Assembly (NCBI GenBank): GCA_000989305.1
Contig: LBTB01000005.1
Location: forward strand, 4,409-68,408
DNA: 64,000 nucleotides
From: Candidatus Shapirobacteria bacterium GW2011_GWF2_37_20
Lineage (GTDB): Bacteria > Patescibacteriota > Microgenomatia > UBA12405
Direction of reading: 5' to 3'
This document shows positions 10,354-19,884 of this stretch, piece after piece. The notes under the pieces were generated by a model that was given only the letters and a program-made list of their open reading frames with translations, did no database searches and was not told the DNA's origin. The translations under genes and the position numbers were made by a program. Within the stretch, counting starts at the first letter, position 1; each line of letters begins with the position of its first letter.

Positions 10354-13300
10354 ATGAGTGAGTCTCCAAAAAACATAAAAGTATTAGTTGGGGCTCTTAG
10401 AGATCTGCAAGGTCGGGTATTGCTTAGCAACGAAAGACTTTATATCGAAAGTCGCCAAGTATTTGAAAAATTACAGGGTCTGAAACTAGCAAAAACAAGC
10501 GACCTTGACGTAAACCATATTGATAAAACAATTAAGGTTTTGGAGGCGTTGCCAAAGGAGATTACCGAGCTTGATATTGAAGAATTAGGCAAAGAATCCA
10601 AGGAGCCCGAATCGAAGGCGTTGAACGAAAAAGAACTAGACCAACTCCTGGATGATTACAAAAAGTCTGAAAGCGAGAATGAAAAAGGAAAAATAGAAGA
10701 AAAAATTAAAAAATCGGGAAACAAGGAAAATGTTGACCGCTTTATTGACACTCAGAAAGAAATTGCTAAAAAATTTAAGGAGGAAGCGGCTTTCGAATCG
10801 GCAAGTAAGACTCGGGCAAAAAAAACAATAATGGAGCTGGTCGACGAATTTAAGAAAGCAGGAAATGATAAGAAAAGAGAAATCGAAAAAGAAATATACC
10901 TTATAACCGGGGAAAAAGATGCGCAAAAGTATATCCAAAAAAGTGAGGCAGTGGTAAACAGAAACACCAAAGGTTTGGAAAAAATAAACGTAGACTTGAG
11001 AGAAAAAGTGTCCCAAGATTTAATTAAAATCAGTGAAAACCAACCCGAAAAGGTGGTTAAAATTGTCGAAGAGGCAAGTTTGAAAGAAGAATTTGATAAA
11101 AAAAGAACGGAGAGGGAAATTAAAAAAAATGTTAAGGGCTCCGAGGAAGCAGAAAGAATTGTTCAAAAAATTGAAGAAATAAGAGCAGAAATTAAAGTCG
11201 AAGGCAAAGCAGAAGAGATTGCTCAAATAACTTATGAGAAATTAAAAACAGAGAATATTCCGGTATCAGAAAGGATTAAGGTTGAATTAAAAGAGGAAAT
11301 TTTAAGTTCATGGAAAGAGGGCGACGAGATAAAGATTCCCGACCAGTTACAGGGCAAGGGCGGGGAAATTGTTGTCAGAGAAGCGGCAAAAGCGGCAGAT
11401 ATTTTCAAGGAAAATAACTTGGAAGTAGTGGTTAATTATCGCGCGGGAGAGTTAGGAAAAGAAATCGGGACGGAATTAAGAAGAAGCGGAGTAAGTGATG
11501 AAAAATTGATTGAAAGATATGTTGAGGTGAGCAATAGGTTGACCAATAATCCAGAAACAATAAGGGTTGAAGCGAAGAGGGGTGAAATTGCCAATTTTGT
11601 TGAAGCTAACAATAAAAATGTTGGTGCAGGAGAAGTGGAAAGATCGATAGATGAGGCGAGATTTATGGCAAAGAGCGTAGTAATGGCGCCAAAGAAATTT
11701 AACAAAGCCATAAAAGATTACAACGAAGCAAGAGATTTAATTGGAGCAGAAAAACTACCAAAACTAAAAGAAATTAGGGTGGTGGAAAAAATGACCTCTC
11801 TTTTCAAGAACAGTCCGGGAATGTTGAGACTGATGAACGGAGCCCAAAGAATGACGGGCATCTTTCAAAGAATAAATGCTTTTCCGGGAAGTTTACTGGC
11901 AAGAACTGGAATGCAAAAAGCGGGTTATAAAATCTTGGGTAAAATTGGAGGACAGGCGGCGGTTGAGTTTGTAAAAAATGCAGCGGCAGTAATTGCAAAA
12001 GAAGGTACATTGCAAGGTGTTAAAACAATAGCCTTAAGTTTGATGGGTAAGGGGGCGGTGGTAGCGGGCAGTGGAGCGGCTACCGGCGGAGCCTTGGCAG
12101 GAGTAGTGGCGGCTTTTCAGGCTCTACCCGTGGTGGGACAAGTGGTGGCGGTGGTGGTAGCGGCGGTAGTACTTCTTAAGGGAGTAATTGATGGGGTGAA
12201 GGGGGTTTTGAGCAAGATAACCGGCCTAGACATGAACGGAGTAAAAAACTTTGTTTCAGACACTTTGGGACTGGGAAAGTTTGTTGGAGGAACGGTACAA
12301 TTTGCGGCTGATGTGGGTACTTTATTGGTTGGAATTCCGACTTTTATTGGGATGTTGGCCATGGGGGCGATTGTAACTCCGGTTGTAATATTTTTCTTTT
12401 TGGGAACAATGGCTTACTCCATGTTTCAACAAAACCTGGTGTCATCTCTAGTGCCGCCGGCAGACATGAGTAATTGTGTACTGAAAAGTGAATACGGCGG
12501 AGCAATAAACTGTGACCAAAACGCGCCGGAAAATTCAATAACCGGTGTAGATAAGGCTAATTTTATAGACATAGCAAATAGGTGGCAGAGCGGATCAAAT
12601 TTTGCCAGCGTTTGTTATAACGACACGGTAAACAGAGCGTTGTGTGCCGGAATTAATCCTACCTATGCTTTATGGGTGTGGTTACACGAATCCGGAGCTA
12701 GCAACTACTCACGTGACGATATCGAAGATTTTGGAATTCACGACAGTACAACCCCAAATAGAAATTTTGACGCACAAATTACGAAGTTTTTAACATTAAC
12801 CGGGGTAGGAAGTAGGTGTTTGTCTGACCCAAGAATCAATGGAGATTTTTGGTTGTCCTGGGCAACAAGTTATTTGAACGGATATGATTGTGATCCGGAC
12901 AAACCGAACTCAATATTTCCCGACATGACTCCAAGAAAATATGCGGCGGGGCTTAGAGACCAATGGACCTGGATTAGTAGTTCGCCAATACCTAATGGAA
13001 TTTTGGTAGCCAAGGGAGGAAAAAACTGCGGCCAGATCGGGATAGGATCGACAGAATATGCCGGAAATGCCCATGAAGTAACTGATAAGGATGGAAATGT
13101 ATGGGTGTGTACGGAAAATACACAATCGCCAATAGGTGATTTTGACCCTAATTCTCCAGGGTTGGGTGGAGTAGTTGTTGATGGGGAATGTAGCGTGGGA
13201 GAAGTAGTAGTGCCAACAAGACAATGTGATTCTCAATGGGGACAAATACCGCTTAACGGCGGGAGTTGTGCTAATGGAAAACCGGGAACAATATGTTCGG

Positions 13301-13749
13301 CGGGATGTGGCCCAACCAGCGTGTCAATGTTGACCAGACATGTAAACGGATCTTTAACGCCAAATAATGTTATTTTCAGTCGAGGGTCAGCTTATTACAA
13401 CATGGGATGTGAAGGTTCAAGTCTTAGTCAGGCACAAACAGAATTGGTTAAACAATTTGGCAGCGAAGCAGTAAGCCTTGATTCTGTTACTCAGGGCTGT
13501 GATGAAAAAGCGATTGCCAATTGGATTTGTAGCGGAAAAGTGGTGATGGTATTGGCAAATTTTTACCGAAACACAAGCTTGGAACTGGGAGGGCACTTTG
13601 TAATGGCAGTGGGAGTTAGAGATGGAAAAATTGTAGTCCAAGACCCTTATTACGATGCGACGGACACCCCGTTTGACGGGACCAAGGCATACGGCTATGC
13701 TCACGATATCAGAGGATGCTTATTAGTTGATAAGACGGCAGTAAAATGA
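10354..13749 (+). CDS. Large membrane-anchored protein: charged helical N-terminus, TM region, lysozyme-like domain, C39-like peptidase
   Basis: GINPTYALWVWLHESG (SLT-like), CGPTSVSM...GHFV...QDP (Cys-His-Asp triad), Gly/Ala hydrophobic hairpins. Confidence 0.7.
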   Translation: MSESPKNIKVLVGALRDLQGRVLLSNERLYIESRQVFEKLQGLKLAKTSDLDVNHIDKTIKVLEALPKEITELDIEELGKESKEPESKALNEKELDQLLDDYKKSESENEKGKIEEKIKKSGNKENVDRFIDTQKEIAKKFKEEAAFESASKTRAKKTIMELVDEFKKAGNDKKREIEKEIYLITGEKDAQKYIQKSEAVVNRNTKGLEKINVDLREKVSQDLIKISENQPEKVVKIVEEASLKEEFDKKRTEREIKKNVKGSEEAERIVQKIEEIRAEIKVEGKAEEIAQITYEKLKTENIPVSERIKVELKEEILSSWKEGDEIKIPDQLQGKGGEIVVREAAKAADIFKENNLEVVVNYRAGELGKEIGTELRRSGVSDEKLIERYVEVSNRLTNNPETIRVEAKRGEIANFVEANNKNVGAGEVERSIDEARFMAKSVVMAPKKFNKAIKDYNEARDLIGAEKLPKLKEIRVVEKMTSLFKNSPGMLRLMNGAQRMTGIFQRINAFPGSLLARTGMQKAGYKILGKIGGQAAVEFVKNAAAVIAKEGTLQGVKTIALSLMGKGAVVAGSGAATGGALAGVVAAFQALPVVGQVVAVVVAAVVLLKGVIDGVKGVLSKITGLDMNGVKNFVSDTLGLGKFVGGTVQFAADVGTLLVGIPTFIGMLAMGAIVTPVVIFFFLGTMAYSMFQQNLVSSLVPPADMSNCVLKSEYGGAINCDQNAPENSITGVDKANFIDIANRWQSGSNFASVCYNDTVNRALCAGINPTYALWVWLHESGASNYSRDDIEDFGIHDSTTPNRNFDAQITKFLTLTGVGSRCLSDPRINGDFWLSWATSYLNGYDCDPDKPNSIFPDMTPRKYAAGLRDQWTWISSSPIPNGILVAKGGKNCGQIGIGSTEYAGNAHEVTDKDGNVWVCTENTQSPIGDFDPNSPGLGGVVVDGECSVGEVVVPTRQCDSQWGQIPLNGGSCANGKPGTICSAGCGPTSVSMLTRHVNGSLTPNNVIFSRGSAYYNMGCEGSSLSQAQTELVKQFGSEAVSLDSVTQGCDEKAIANWICSGKVVMVLANFYRNTSLELGGHFVMAVGVRDGKIVVQDPYYDATDTPFDGTKAYGYAHDIRGCLLVDKTAVK

Positions 13750-14135
13750 CAAAGAAAAATAAAATAATTTTAGGACTGACAATTTTAGTAGTGATAGTGG
13801 GAGTGGTGGCGTTTTGGCCAAAAGAGGAAGAAATAAACAAGATTGTTGATAGCCCGGTGGTTGTTCCGGACAGAATAATTACTGATTATGGGAGTGATAC
13901 CGGAGCCAAAGAGATTAGTCTGAGTGAAGAACAATATAGTGAAGTATATTTAATTAAAGACCTGAGAGATAAGGTGCCGATAAACAGAACCTATTTTTTA
14001 ATTGATTTTGACTACGGAGTAAATAAATTTATAGTGAAATATAAAGACACCAACAAAGGGGTGGCTGAGTTTGAAAAATGGTTGGTGGACACCGGATATA
14101 ATGTAATTTCTAAAGAATATTTTCAAATAAAATGA
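13746..14135 (+). CDS. Hypothetical membrane-anchored protein
   Basis: N-terminal TM; ATGA overlap with the upstream gene. Confidence 0.7.
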   Translation: MTKKNKIILGLTILVVIVGVVAFWPKEEEINKIVDSPVVVPDRIITDYGSDTGAKEISLSEEQYSEVYLIKDLRDKVPINRTYFLIDFDYGVNKFIVKYKDTNKGVAEFEKWLVDTGYNVISKEYFQIK

Positions 14136-14485
14136 TAAAAAACATAAAACAATATTGGTTAGTAGGACTCTTGGTGATAATTGCGGCATGGATGGGGATT
14201 ACAAAAATCAGATATCGAAATGTCGATTGGGACTTTGTCAGCGGGTTAATAACACCGACGGTAATGCCAACGAGAGCCCCGCAAATAAACGCCGACTATC
14301 CTTTGTGGGAATTACTCCCCTACACCGGAAAAGACTTCGTGGTTGACCGCTATACAGAACCTTTAGTGTTGGCAATAAAAACAAATATTAACAAAAACAC
14401 AGTGACCCAAGAGGTTTATAAGTGGTTGCTAGAAAATAACGTAGCAACAGAAAGCCATAAATTAGTTTTTGAAGAAAAAGAATAA
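14132..14485 (+). CDS. Hypothetical membrane-anchored protein
   Basis: N-terminal TM and PT linker; ATGA overlap. Confidence 0.7.
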   Translation: MIKNIKQYWLVGLLVIIAAWMGITKIRYRNVDWDFVSGLITPTVMPTRAPQINADYPLWELLPYTGKDFVVDRYTEPLVLAIKTNINKNTVTQEVYKWLLENNVATESHKLVFEEKE

Positions 14486-14760
14486 TGAAAAAATATCTAA
14501 TAATTGCTGCTTTAGTGGTGTCTGCCTTTGGATTGGGTGGTTGCGGAACCCAAAAAACAGAGACAACAATATTAAACTCCGTCGTAAGTCGTGAAGGAAC
14601 ACTAACAATAAAGAGCGGTGAAGTCTATTTATTGTCGACTACGGAAGGAATTGTAAATATAACCAGCAAGAAGGTTGATTTAGATGATTATTTAAAAAAG
14701 AGGATTAAAGTGACGGGGATGTTTTCGGGCGACACCTTGTATGTCGATGAGGTGAAATAA
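14485..14760 (+). CDS. Putative lipoprotein
   Basis: MKK, hydrophobic stretch, LGGC lipobox; TAATG overlap. Confidence 0.7.
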   Translation: MKKYLIIAALVVSAFGLGGCGTQKTETTILNSVVSREGTLTIKSGEVYLLSTTEGIVNITSKKVDLDDYLKKRIKVTGMFSGDTLYVDEVK

Positions 14761-14761
14761 T

Positions 14762-15880
14762 TTAATCCTGGATACGGACCGGCATAATGATGTGGGTAAG
14801 AGCAGGGTCAGATTGATCTCGGAAAAGGCCGGGAGAAAGAGGTTCGCTTAGCTCTAAAACAATTTCATCGCCGGTACAAATTGACAAGAAATCAGAAATA
14901 AATTTGTAGTTAAAGGCAATGTCGAGAGCTTCACCCTCAATGCGAGCGTCAACATTTACTTTATTTTGACCAATCTGGGGGGCATTGGCGGAAAGTTCAA
15001 TTGAACTAGCCTTAAGACTAATTTTTACTACATTAGCAGATTCGCGAGCAAAAACAGAGCTTTGTTTGATGGCCTGGGCGAATTCGTCACGATTTAAATA
15101 GATTTTGGTTCCGGATTCTTTGGGAATAATTCGATTGTAGTCAGGATATTCACCATCAATAAGACGGGAAACTAACTCTAAGTCCTCTAAAACAAAAACA
15201 ACCTGATGGGCGTCTTTGGTTAAACCAATTTTTACCTTTTTAGCATTTCGAGCAAGCTTGACAATCTCCAGTAAGGATTTGGCGGGAATTAATAGGGTTT
15301 CTTTTTCTTCAGATAGACTAAGAGGATTAACCAGCTTAATGCTTTTTAACGAGAGACGGAAACCGTCAGTGGCCACCAGTGTTAGTTCTTCGTTACTAAA
15401 GGTACATAAAATAGCGGTGAGAACAGGACGAGAATCGTCGGTGGCGGCGGCAAAGGCAATTTGATTAATAGCCTGAGTTAAAACAGGAAGATCTATTTCA
15501 AATGCAGTCTTTGGATCTAAAGAAGGAATTTCAGGAAAATCAGCCGGAGGAAGACACGCGAAATTGGATTCGGTTTTGGTTGAAGTCAGAGTAAGGATGT
15601 TGGTGTCTTTCAGAGAAAGATCGATTCGGCCAGCTGGCAGATAGGAAACAAATTCGGTGATTTCTTTGGCCGGGAGACAAAAAGAACCTTCGGTTTCAAT
15701 TTTGGCGCCTAACCAATAATTAATAGCTAATTCAAGATTGGTGGCCGATAGTTTGAGACGACCGTTGTCGGTAGAGAAAAGAATGTGGTTTAAAATGGGA
15801 AGCTGGATTTTAGAAGCAACAAAGCGAGAGGTGTGACTTAAGGCTTGAGAAAGATTTTCCTCTAAAAGTGAGAGCTTCAT
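14762..15880 (-). CDS. dnaN: DNA polymerase III beta clamp
   Basis: LSATNLE, SRPVLTAI, VATDGFRL, IMPVR; follows dnaA. Confidence 0.96.
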   Translation of the reverse strand: MKLSLLEENLSQALSHTSRFVASKIQLPILNHILFSTDNGRLKLSATNLELAINYWLGAKIETEGSFCLPAKEITEFVSYLPAGRIDLSLKDTNILTLTSTKTESNFACLPPADFPEIPSLDPKTAFEIDLPVLTQAINQIAFAAATDDSRPVLTAILCTFSNEELTLVATDGFRLSLKSIKLVNPLSLSEEKETLLIPAKSLLEIVKLARNAKKVKIGLTKDAHQVVFVLEDLELVSRLIDGEYPDYNRIIPKESGTKIYLNRDEFAQAIKQSSVFARESANVVKISLKASSIELSANAPQIGQNKVNVDARIEGEALDIAFNYKFISDFLSICTGDEIVLELSEPLSPGLFRDQSDPALTHIIMPVRIQD

Positions 15881-15917
15881 TGACCTATATATTAACAGAT
15901 TGGAGCTTTAGAGAACA

Positions 15918-16148
15918 GTAGTATTGTTAATAGGGTCGGGGGGAAAGTGGGTAAGATTAAAATATGGTGAAAGTAGAGACTAGAAATGAGAAAGAGGAGG
16001 GTGAATATGTTAGAAATAGCGGAAATATATGGTTTGTGGCAGAGATTTAACTTATAGTGTGTAGCTGGACTTTGGGAAAGTTTCGGGGGAAAAGGAGAGG
16101 GAAAAAAGTGGATAAGTCGGTGGATAAGTAAAGGAAAAAGGTGGATAA
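15918..16148. promoter_or_regulatory. oriC unwinding region between dnaA and dnaN
   Basis: GTGGATAA-containing DnaA boxes at 16107, 16119 and 16140, plus AGTGGGTAA at 15946. These are followed (minus strand) by a GC cluster and TAT-TAA-CAA-TAC-TAC trio-like repeats at 15918-15932. Confidence 0.75.
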
Positions 16149-16150
16149 GT

Positions 16151-17515
16151 TTAGAGTGAATTTTTTATTCGGTTGATAAGTTCTTTTAATTGTGGAGAAG
16201 TGGCTAACTCAGAGGCCACCTTGTCTCGGGCGTGCATAATGCTGGTGTGGTCGCGACCACCCAAAAGATCACCAACCTCTTTTAAAGGGATTTTAATTTC
16301 ATTAAGAAGAAGATAGGCGGTGATGTGTCGGGCGGTAACGAGATCTTTTTTTCGTGAAGAGCCACACAAGTCCCCTGTTTTTACGTTGAAATATTTAGCA
16401 CAGACTGACAGAAGGTGACGGGAGTTGAGTTTGGGGGAGGTGGAAGCAAAGGAGGGAGAAAATGAGCCGTTTTGAGAACTAAAGTAGGCGGAAACAAAAT
16501 CGATGTCAACTAATTTATGGCCCTGAGCAAGAGACATAACAGCAATTTCCTGAACCTTGCCTTCAATATCACGGGTGTTGGATTGAATGTTGTCGGCCAG
16601 GAATTGAACGGCTTCGAAAGTGAGGTCTACTCCCTTTTCCTGAGCCTTTTGTTGAATAATAGCAGAGCGCATTTCTAAGTCCGGGGGTTGAATGTCGACA
16701 GTCAAGCCGCCCATGAAACGGGAAACAAGGCGGTCTTCCAGGTCTTTAATGTCTCCCGGCTTACGGTCTGAGGTTAAGATGATTTGTTTACCGGCGAGAT
16801 GGAGGGCGTTGAAGGTGTGAAAAAACTCTTCCTGGATATATTCTTTGCCGGCAAGAAACTGAACATCATCAACTAAAATGCAATCTAACTGGCGGTATTT
16901 GTTTTTAAACTGGTTAATAGATTTGGTTTTGAGGGAGTTGATTAGTTCGTTTCCAAAAGTTTCGGCAGGAAAATATTTTATTTTTAAGTCGGGGTTATTT
17001 TTTAATAATTCGTGGCCAATGGCCTGCATTAAATGAGTTTTGCCAACCCCTACCCCACCCCAAAGGAAAAAGGGGTTGTAGGAAAGTCCGGGGTTTTTTA
17101 CAACTCCTTGGGCGGCGGCATAGGCGAAATTGTTACTGTTACCAACAATTAGGTTGTCGAGAGTGTATTTAGGATGGAGGCCAGCTTGAGAGTGGTTAAG
17201 GGAGGAGGTTTTGGGTTGGTAAGAAAACAAAGGGGTTAGTGAAGGGTTTTGGGAATCATCATTTTTTATTATTTCCTGAACCACAAAATGAAGGGTATTG
17301 TTGTTTTTGGTTTGGTTGTCGAGGGCGCTTTTAAAGAGTTGGTAGTAACGTTTTTGGTTTAGATCACAAAGATAGGCATTGGAACAGGCAATGGTGGCGT
17401 CGAGATTAACAAGAGAAACCAGTTGGGTTTTGACAACAAAGGTTTGGTAAACAGCTGGAGCCAGAACAACCCGGAGTTCTTCCTGGGTGTTTTTCCAAAG
17501 TTGTTCAATGTCCAT
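16151..17515 (-). CDS. dnaA: Chromosomal replication initiator DnaA
   Basis: YNPFFLWGGVGVGKTHL, DDVQFL, QEEFFHTFN, GGRDHTS. Confidence 0.97.
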   Translation of the reverse strand: MDIEQLWKNTQEELRVVLAPAVYQTFVVKTQLVSLVNLDATIACSNAYLCDLNQKRYYQLFKSALDNQTKNNNTLHFVVQEIIKNDDSQNPSLTPLFSYQPKTSSLNHSQAGLHPKYTLDNLIVGNSNNFAYAAAQGVVKNPGLSYNPFFLWGGVGVGKTHLMQAIGHELLKNNPDLKIKYFPAETFGNELINSLKTKSINQFKNKYRQLDCILVDDVQFLAGKEYIQEEFFHTFNALHLAGKQIILTSDRKPGDIKDLEDRLVSRFMGGLTVDIQPPDLEMRSAIIQQKAQEKGVDLTFEAVQFLADNIQSNTRDIEGKVQEIAVMSLAQGHKLVDIDFVSAYFSSQNGSFSPSFASTSPKLNSRHLLSVCAKYFNVKTGDLCGSSRKKDLVTARHITAYLLLNEIKIPLKEVGDLLGGRDHTSIMHARDKVASELATSPQLKELINRIKNSL

Positions 17516-17622
17516 ATTAGAAATGAGGGTCTAGATTCTAGAAACTAGAAAAATAGATATTTAATAAAAAATAACTAAAAAACAGGCAGGAATTAGGTCT
17601 CGAGACAAGAGATCCTTTTGGG

Positions 17623-17654
17623 TTATCCACATCATCATAAATTAGTTTTCCACA
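17623..17654. promoter_or_regulatory. DnaA boxes in the dnaA-rpmH intergenic region
   Basis: Perfect TTATCCACA at 17623-17631 and TTTTCCACA at 17646-17654. Confidence 0.8.
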
Positions 17655-17750
17655 TTTTGGAATGGGTCAAATACCTCAGGGAGACAAGGCGATAGGTTTT
17701 AGAAACTAGAAAACAACAAAATATTTTGCTGTTTGTGGTAAAATTGCCAC

Positions 17751-17903
17751 ATGAAACAAAAGGGTACATATCAACCAAAAAAGAAAAAAAGAGTCCGTGT
17801 TCACGGGTTTTTAGCAAGAATGGCGACTGCTCTTGGTCGAAAGATTATTAAAAGAAGAAGAGCTAAAGGCAGAAAACACCTGACAATTTCTTCTCAAAAG
17901 TAA
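17751..17903 (+). CDS. rpmH: 50S ribosomal protein bL34 (below the ORF-track size cutoff)
   Basis: [45 protein letters not shown]; syntenic with dnaA and rnpA. Confidence 0.96.
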   Translation: MKQKGTYQPKKKKRVRVHGFLARMATALGRKIIKRRRAKGRKHLTISSQK

Positions 17904-17922
17904 TAAATTTTGTTTTATGATT

Positions 17923-17950
17923 AAGCCCTCCTGTAACTGGGAGGGCTTTT
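17923..17950 (+). terminator. Intrinsic terminator after rpmH
   Basis: AAGCCCTCC-loop-GGAGGGCTT followed by T residues. Confidence 0.7.
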
Positions 17951-17967
17951 AATATGTGGGATAATAG

Positions 17968-18288
17968 GTGGTGCTGAAGAAAATAAACAGAATTTGTAAA
18001 AAAAACGAATTTGAGGAAGTAAAGTCCAAGGGAGAAATGAAGGCGACGGAGTTGTTTTCGATAGTTTGGTTAAAAAAGAGCGGAGAAAAAGCTTTTGGGG
18101 CGATAATTTCTAAGAAAATTTCGAAGAAAGCGGTGGACAGAAACCAAATTAGAAGAAGATTAATGGAAGCAGTGAGGTTGAATATGGATATATTTCCTCA
18201 AGGATTTAGGGGAATATTTTTGGTAAAGAAAAATATTTTGAAGAAAAGTGAAACGGAGGTTGAAGAATGCTTAAAAAAATTGTTTTAA
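17968..18288 (+). CDS. rnpA: Ribonuclease P protein component
   Basis: ISKKISKKAVDRNQIRRRLME (RNR motif); synteny. Confidence 0.92.
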   Translation: MVLKKINRICKKNEFEEVKSKGEMKATELFSIVWLKKSGEKAFGAIISKKISKKAVDRNQIRRRLMEAVRLNMDIFPQGFRGIFLVKKNILKKSETEVEECLKKLF

Positions 18289-18473
18289 AGGTTTTAATTT
18301 TTTATAAAAAATATATATCGAGGGGTTATGATTGCCGATTTATCCCCTCTTGTAGTGAATATACTTACCAGGCGGTAGAAAAAATTGGGGTAATTAAAGG
18401 TCTTTGGATGGGGGTAAAAAGGGTAAGCAAGTGTCACCCTTGGGGTGGTGGTGGCGTAGATTTGATAGAATAA
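18267..18473 (+). CDS. yidD: Membrane protein insertion efficiency factor
   Basis: CRFIPSCSEY...KCHPW. Confidence 0.92.
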   Translation: MLKKIVLKVLIFYKKYISRGYDCRFIPSCSEYTYQAVEKIGVIKGLWMGVKRVSKCHPWGGGGVDLIE

Positions 18474-18509
18474 GAGGTTAATTTAGAATTTAGAAATTAG
18501 AAAAATAAA

Positions 18510-19328
18510 ATGAACTTGTTTATTGCCCCTTTTGTTAACGCTCTGTTTGGGTTTTATTATTTGTTGGGAAATTTGGGATGGTCAATTGTGGCGGTGACAA
18601 TAATTATTCGATTGGTGTTGATGCCCTTAGTTTGGCCAAGTCTAAGGTCTTCGATAAAAATGCAGGCCTTACAACCAAAACTGAAGAAATTGCAGGAAAA
18701 ATTTGGAAAGGATAAACAGGGTTTGGCCAAAGCACAGATGGAAATGTATAAAGAGGAGGGAGTTAATCCCCTGTCGGGTTGTCTGCCAAACATTTTACAG
18801 ATTGCAGTATTGATGATTTTCTTTTCCGCCTTTAATATGGTGTCTGGGTTTTCCGAGGGAAAAGTGACGACGGAAACGATTAATCAACAACTTATAAAGA
18901 CTTTTCAAATCAATAATGATTTTAAGTTTAGTGACCAGTTTATGGGGGTTAGCTTGTCGGCGACACCAGGAAAAGTGTTCAAGGACGGATTGAGTTTGAG
19001 TTTGGTTTTACCCTTGTTCTTATTACTAGGATCGGGATACTTACAATTCTGGAGCGCAAAAAAAATGATGCCTGCTTCTGCAAAGAATTCTGGCATGGCA
19101 AAGCTTTCTCCCGCGGTTAATGATACGGCCTATACAAAGCAAACTCCGGGTAAAGAAGACGACATGATGGCGATGATGAGAACCCAGTCAATTTACATGA
19201 TGCCACTAATGACAATATTTATTGGTTTTAGTTTTTCAGTGGGGATTTTAATTTATTGGTTTGTAAACAGTGCTGTAATGGCAGGCCAACAGTTATTAAT
19301 GGCCCAAATTGACAGAAAAAAAGAATAA
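18510..19328 (+). CDS. yidC: Membrane protein insertase YidC/Oxa1
   Basis: TIIIRLVLMP, MQALQP, GVNPLSGCLP, IYW. Confidence 0.92.
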   Translation: MNLFIAPFVNALFGFYYLLGNLGWSIVAVTIIIRLVLMPLVWPSLRSSIKMQALQPKLKKLQEKFGKDKQGLAKAQMEMYKEEGVNPLSGCLPNILQIAVLMIFFSAFNMVSGFSEGKVTTETINQQLIKTFQINNDFKFSDQFMGVSLSATPGKVFKDGLSLSLVLPLFLLLGSGYLQFWSAKKMMPASAKNSGMAKLSPAVNDTAYTKQTPGKEDDMMAMMRTQSIYMMPLMTIFIGFSFSVGILIYWFVNSAVMAGQQLLMAQIDRKKE

Positions 19329-19350
19329 GGGGTGTGATAAAATGGCCACT

Positions 19351-19821
19351 ATGGATAATAAAAAAAGAAACGAATTAGTTTTAAATTTGGCCTGTGAAAT
19401 GTTGCAAAACATTAATTATGAAATTGATAATGCGTATGTGGAAGACGTTGAAGGAGAAGAGGGGCAAGTTTTAGTTAGTGTAACCGTGGGAAAACCAGGC
19501 GGATTGATTGGTTTTAGGGGCCGAAATATGGCGGCTTTACAATTACTATTGTCGTTGATGGTTAAAAAACAATTAGGTGAATGGGTCAGAGTAATTTTGG
19601 ACATTAACAACTATCGTGGAGAACAAAAGGAAAGACTGGAGGGCATGGCTAAAGATTTGGCTCAAAAAGCAATTGAAACCGGCAAGGAAGTGGAAATGGC
19701 TAATATGAGTTCATATGAAAGAAGGATTTGCCACATGGTGTTGACGGAGATTGAGGGAATTACCAGTGACTCTGAGGGTGAGGGTGAAAACAGACATATT
19801 GTAATTAGACCGAAACTTTAA
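19351..19821 (+). CDS. khpB: KH + R3H RNA-binding protein (Jag/KhpB, lacking Jag_N)
   Basis: LIGFRG KH motif and MSSYERRICH R3H motif. Start placed at ATG 19351, 7 nt after TAAAAT. Confidence 0.88.
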   Translation: MDNKKRNELVLNLACEMLQNINYEIDNAYVEDVEGEEGQVLVSVTVGKPGGLIGFRGRNMAALQLLLSLMVKKQLGEWVRVILDINNYRGEQKERLEGMAKDLAQKAIETGKEVEMANMSSYERRICHMVLTEIEGITSDSEGEGENRHIVIRPKL

Positions 19822-19884
19822 ATTCTTCGTTGTACGGAGACCTCCTTTTGAAGAAAGGGGTTTTGTTTTGTGTTAGGATAGGGC

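Noticed and set aside
16107-16150. GTGGATAAGT x3 as a CRISPR or iteron array
   Set aside because: Too short and irregularly spaced; they are DnaA boxes at the dnaA-dnaN junction.
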